From contig JAWAQR010000022.1 in the NCBI GenBank assembly GCA_038893835.1, forward strand, positions 1 to 20,325: a stretch of DNA of 20,325 nt. The letters are read 5' to 3'. The notes under the pieces were generated by a model. That model saw only the letters and a list, made by a program, of their open reading frames with translations, did no database searches and was not told where the DNA came from. A program made the position numbers and the translations under genes. This DNA is from Archaeoglobaceae archaeon. Lineage in GTDB: Archaea > Halobacteriota > Archaeoglobi > Archaeoglobales > Archaeoglobaceae. Every line of letters begins with the position of its first letter. Position 1 is the stretch's first letter. Shown here piece by piece: positions 17,229 to 20,325 of this stretch.

Positions 17229-17261
17229 ATGGTAAGAACAGGTGATGGATTTTGGATTTAA
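17229..17261 (+). other. Candidate Trp-containing leader uORF (MVRTGDGFWI) overlapping the trpC start
   Basis: ATG GTA AGA ACA GGT GAT GGA TTT TGG ATT TAA; the ATG is 22 nt after the TATA box. Confidence 0.4.
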
Positions 17262-17904
17262 GGATGCTATAAAGGTAAAGGGTAAAAATGCTGTGATTGG
17301 GGAAGTTAAATGCGTATCTCCAATTTATGGCGATTTGCTTTGTGGAAGGGACCCAGTTGAAATTGCGAAAGTGTATGAAAAATGTGGATGCTGCGCCATT
17401 TCTTATATAACAGCACAGACATTTGGAGGAGACCTAAAAACCCTAAAAATGATTTGCAGAGAAGTAAATCTGCCAGTGCTGAGAAAGGATTTTGTTTGGG
17501 ATAAGAAGGATGTTGAGAAGACATGCGAAGCTGAAGCAAAAGCTCTGCTTTTGATTGCTAGGATTTTGAGAGAAAAAACACCTGAGATGGTCGATCTTTG
17601 TTATGAACATGGTATAGAGCCTGTTGTTGAAATTTTTAGGGAAGAAGAAATCGTGTTTACCGAGAATTCTAGGGTTGTACTCATAAACAACAGAGACATC
17701 TTTAATCCTTCGGATGTTCGAATAGAGAGGACTTTTGAATTGGCTCCAAAAATAAAGAAGTTAAAGATAAGCGGAAGTGGAATCAAAAAAGTTGAAGATT
17801 TACGCGTTCTAAAATCTGTTGATGCTGTCTTGATTGGAACAGCTTTCATGCAATCCAAAAACTTGGAATCAACGGTAAAAAGTTTTGTGGGGGCTAGGCT
17901 ATGA
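17245..17904 (+). CDS. trpC: Indole-3-glycerol phosphate synthase
   Basis: IGEVK..SP, LPVLRKDF, VEI, INNRD, DAVLIGTAFM; first gene of the trp operon. Start ATG 17245 or GTG 17242. Confidence 0.92.
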   Translation: MDFGFKDAIKVKGKNAVIGEVKCVSPIYGDLLCGRDPVEIAKVYEKCGCCAISYITAQTFGGDLKTLKMICREVNLPVLRKDFVWDKKDVEKTCEAEAKALLLIARILREKTPEMVDLCYEHGIEPVVEIFREEEIVFTENSRVVLINNRDIFNPSDVRIERTFELAPKIKKLKISGSGIKKVEDLRVLKSVDAVLIGTAFMQSKNLESTVKSFVGARL

Positions 17905-18872
17905 TAGAAATTGTATTCGGAAAAATGGATATGGAAAAGGCTTATGAACTGGCAAAAGCCCTTCCAGATTTGGAGGAGGTTGAAATTTCGGCAATTCTTG
18001 CCGCTCTTGAAGCAAAAGGTTACGATTCTGAAATTCTGGCAGGTTTTGCTAAGGCGATATTAGAGAAGTCCAGCATAAATCTTGGAAAAGTTTTTGATAC
18101 CTGTGGAACTGGTGGGGATAATTCGAAGACTATAAATGTAAGCACCGCAATTGCAATTGCACTTGCAAACTTTACTAGAGTTGCAAAACATGGAAACAGG
18201 GCAATGAGCTCGAAAAGCGGATCTGCAGATGTTTTGGAGAAACTGGGTTTTAAAATAGATCTTCCTCCAGAAAAAACTGAAAAATTGATATCTGAAACGA
18301 ACTTCGCATTTCTATTTGCCCCAATTTACCATAAAAGTTTTTTAAGGGTTGCAGCTGTCAGGAAAAAATTAAAAATAAGGACGATTTTCAACGTTCTTGG
18401 ACCAATAGTAAATCCTGCAAACCCGAAAAAACAGATAATTGGGGTTTCGAATGAACCCCTACTTTACATCGTTGCAGAAGTCTTGGAACTGCTTGGAAGA
18501 GAAGGGATCGTTTACTATGGTAATGGACTTGATGAAGTAAGCCCAAATGCTGAAACTACTGCTATCTTTGTCGAAAATGGACTGGAAAAAATAATCTTTA
18601 CTCCCGAGGACTTTGGAATAGAGAGAACTAGAATAATTCCATGCAATAGTAGCGAAGAATCTGCAGAAAGAATAAAGGCTGTTTTTTCAGGAAGGGGATT
18701 TGAGGAGGACAAAAAACTTCTCGCAATAAACTTCGCTCTAGCTTTGAACGCATTAGGATATGAGAATCTAAGAGAAAATGTTTCGATTTTCGAGGAATAC
18801 ATAGAAAATGGGAAAATCGCTCGAAAACTGGAGGAGATAATATGCAAAAGCATGATTTTGTCGAACCTGTGA
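17901..18872 (+). CDS. trpD: Anthranilate phosphoribosyltransferase
   Basis: DTCGTGGD, TINVST, AKHGNRAMSSKSGSADVLE, FLFAP.YH, RTIFNVLGP..NP, GLDE. Confidence 0.96.
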   Translation: MIEIVFGKMDMEKAYELAKALPDLEEVEISAILAALEAKGYDSEILAGFAKAILEKSSINLGKVFDTCGTGGDNSKTINVSTAIAIALANFTRVAKHGNRAMSSKSGSADVLEKLGFKIDLPPEKTEKLISETNFAFLFAPIYHKSFLRVAAVRKKLKIRTIFNVLGPIVNPANPKKQIIGVSNEPLLYIVAEVLELLGREGIVYYGNGLDEVSPNAETTAIFVENGLEKIIFTPEDFGIERTRIIPCNSSEESAERIKAVFSGRGFEEDKKLLAINFALALNALGYENLRENVSIFEEYIENGKIARKLEEIICKSMILSNL

Positions 18873-20077
18873 AGCTATATTCAGTTATAAGGGAAAGGGA
18901 ATTCCCCTTTATTCTAGAATCTGTCGAAAAAGCTGGGAATGCTAGGTACACGTATCTTTCCTTCGATCCACTTTATGTCATTGAAATAGATGATAGATTT
19001 AGAGTTGATGGAAATGAGATAGCAAGGCTAGAAGATCCATTTGAAGCACTCAAAGGGATTCATGTGAAAGGAATGCTGGTTGGTTATTTTGCCTATGATG
19101 CAGTTCTAAGCTTCATAGGGAAGAGGGTTGAAGAAAAGTCTTGCTTTGCAAATTACGATGGCTACTTCGTTTATGACCATTATCTTCAAAAATTATTCAG
19201 TCATAACATTGAAAATGCTGATAAAATTGTTGAGAAAGCAAAGAGAGTGGAATTAGAAATGCCAGATGGTGGAGCAAGCGTTATAAAAGAGGAGACAAGA
19301 GATTATTTCGAAAAAATAGTTCTTAGGGCAAAGGAGTATATAGAAGAGGGAGAAGTGTACCAACTCGTCCTTTCCAGGGAATATAGGCTAAGGAGCGATT
19401 TTGATCCATTTGAAATATATCTTAGGCTTAGAAAATTAAATCCAAGTCCATATATGTTTCTTCTTGAATTTAAAAAATCTTTGATTGGCTCTTCACCAGA
19501 AACGATGGGGAGAGTGGATGGTAGAATCTTCAGGATCAATCCAATTGCCGGAACTGCAAAAAGGATTGAGGGAAAAGAGGAGGAAATTATAAGACTACTT
19601 CTAAGCGATGAAAAGGAGAGAGCGGAACATATAATGCTTTTAGATCTTGCGAGAAATGACGTAAGGAAAGTCTGCAAAGCTGGAAGTGTAAGGGTTGAAA
19701 AGTTCATGCAAGCATCGATTTATCCAAGCGTTATCCACATAGAGAGCGAAGTTGTTGGAGAGCTTAAATCAAATGTAACTCACTTTGACGCCATGAAGGC
19801 GGCTTTTCCTGCTGGAACAGTTACTGGAGCTCCAAAAAGGAGAGCTGTCGAGTTAATAGATGAGCTAGAAAGATCAAAAAGAGGAATTTATGCCGGTTGT
19901 GTTGGATACTTTTCTCAGACAACTTCTGATATGGCAATTGCGATTAGGATGGTGGAATTCGACGGGAAATGCAAAGTTAGAGCCGGAGCTGGAATAGTTG
20001 CAGATTCTAATCCAGAGAAAGAGTTCATGGAAACTGAGAATAAGATTGCAAACGTTTTAAAGGCGGTGGGATTATGA
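18842..20077 (+). CDS. trpE: Anthranilate synthase component I
   Basis: FILES, NPSPYMF, GSSPE, PIAGT, DEKERAEHIML.DLARND, FPAGTVTGAPK, AGAGIVADS. Confidence 0.95.
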   Translation: MQKHDFVEPVKLYSVIREREFPFILESVEKAGNARYTYLSFDPLYVIEIDDRFRVDGNEIARLEDPFEALKGIHVKGMLVGYFAYDAVLSFIGKRVEEKSCFANYDGYFVYDHYLQKLFSHNIENADKIVEKAKRVELEMPDGGASVIKEETRDYFEKIVLRAKEYIEEGEVYQLVLSREYRLRSDFDPFEIYLRLRKLNPSPYMFLLEFKKSLIGSSPETMGRVDGRIFRINPIAGTAKRIEGKEEEIIRLLLSDEKERAEHIMLLDLARNDVRKVCKAGSVRVEKFMQASIYPSVIHIESEVVGELKSNVTHFDAMKAAFPAGTVTGAPKRRAVELIDELERSKRGIYAGCVGYFSQTTSDMAIAIRMVEFDGKCKVRAGAGIVADSNPEKEFMETENKIANVLKAVGL

Positions 20078-20325
20078 TAGTAGTTATAGATTGCTTTGAT
20101 TCCTTTGTTTACAACTTAGTCGAATACATCTCGATCTTTGATAGAGTAAAGATTCTAAGCAAGGAAAATGCAAGGGAGTTGTATAAATTGAGCTTTGATG
20201 GCATCGTGATTTCACCAGGTCCAGGAAAGCCTGATAGAAGCTTGGAATTCGTCTTTGAATTTGGAGTTCCAGTCCTTGGAGTTTGCCTAGGTCATCAAAT
20301 GATTGCAGAAATCTTCGGTGGAAAA
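20074..20325 (+). CDS. trpG: Anthranilate synthase component II (glutamine amidotransferase), partial at window edge
   Basis: Not in the ORF track. Manual translation: MIVVIDCFDSFVYNL...GIVISPGPGKP...PVLGVCLGHQ; ATGA overlap with the trpE stop. Confidence 0.95.
   Translation, partial: MIVVIDCFDSFVYNLVEYISIFDRVKILSKENARELYKLSFDGIVISPGPGKPDRSLEFVFEFGVPVLGVCLGHQMIAEIFGGK

Noticed and set aside
17213-17245. Second mini-ORF MRIYPYGKNR* ending in a TGATG overlap with trpC
   Set aside because: Its ATG is only about 6 nt after the TATA box, upstream of the expected TSS, and it has no Trp codon.
17147-17245. Integrated element or attachment-site duplication at the tRNA; classical attenuator hairpin
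   Set aside because: No integrase or repeated tRNA 3' end in the window, and no GC-rich stem plus U-tract between the promoter and trpC.
1-20325. CRISPR array, transposase, rRNA or C/D-box sRNA
   Set aside because: No regularly spaced direct repeats, transposase motifs, rRNA-like segments or paired RUGAUGA/CUGA boxes seen in the intergenic regions.

Overview
A gene-dense, AT-rich archaeal chromosomal segment. Gene content and protein sequences point to class Archaeoglobi, inferred from recalled similarity to Archaeoglobus fulgidus rather than a database search. From left to right: the 5' part of a dissimilatory-type ATP sulfurylase (sat, missed by the ORF track), a Dph6-family ATPase, archaeal alanine dehydrogenase, a small uncharacterised protein made of two tandem domains, the archaeosine pair arcS/tgtA, an aminotransferase-GNAT-membrane protein operon, asd, an RqcH/NFACT + Nop2-type m5C methyltransferase pair, a GNAT preceded by a frameshifted CBS-domain fragment, a DRTGG/Pta-N protein + fused ADP-forming acyl-CoA synthetase, HtpX, tRNA-Gln(CUG) and the start of a trpC-D-E-G operon. 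No mobile element, CRISPR array or defence island is visible. The best leads are small-scale: (i) a probably leaderless 10-codon Trp-containing uORF that overlaps the trpC start at the predicted transcription start, with a palindrome on top of it; (ii) a broken CBS domain in front of the GNAT that converges on the ACD/DRTGG operon; (iii) the tandem-domain hypothetical protein sharing one apparently bidirectional TATA box with alanine dehydrogenase.
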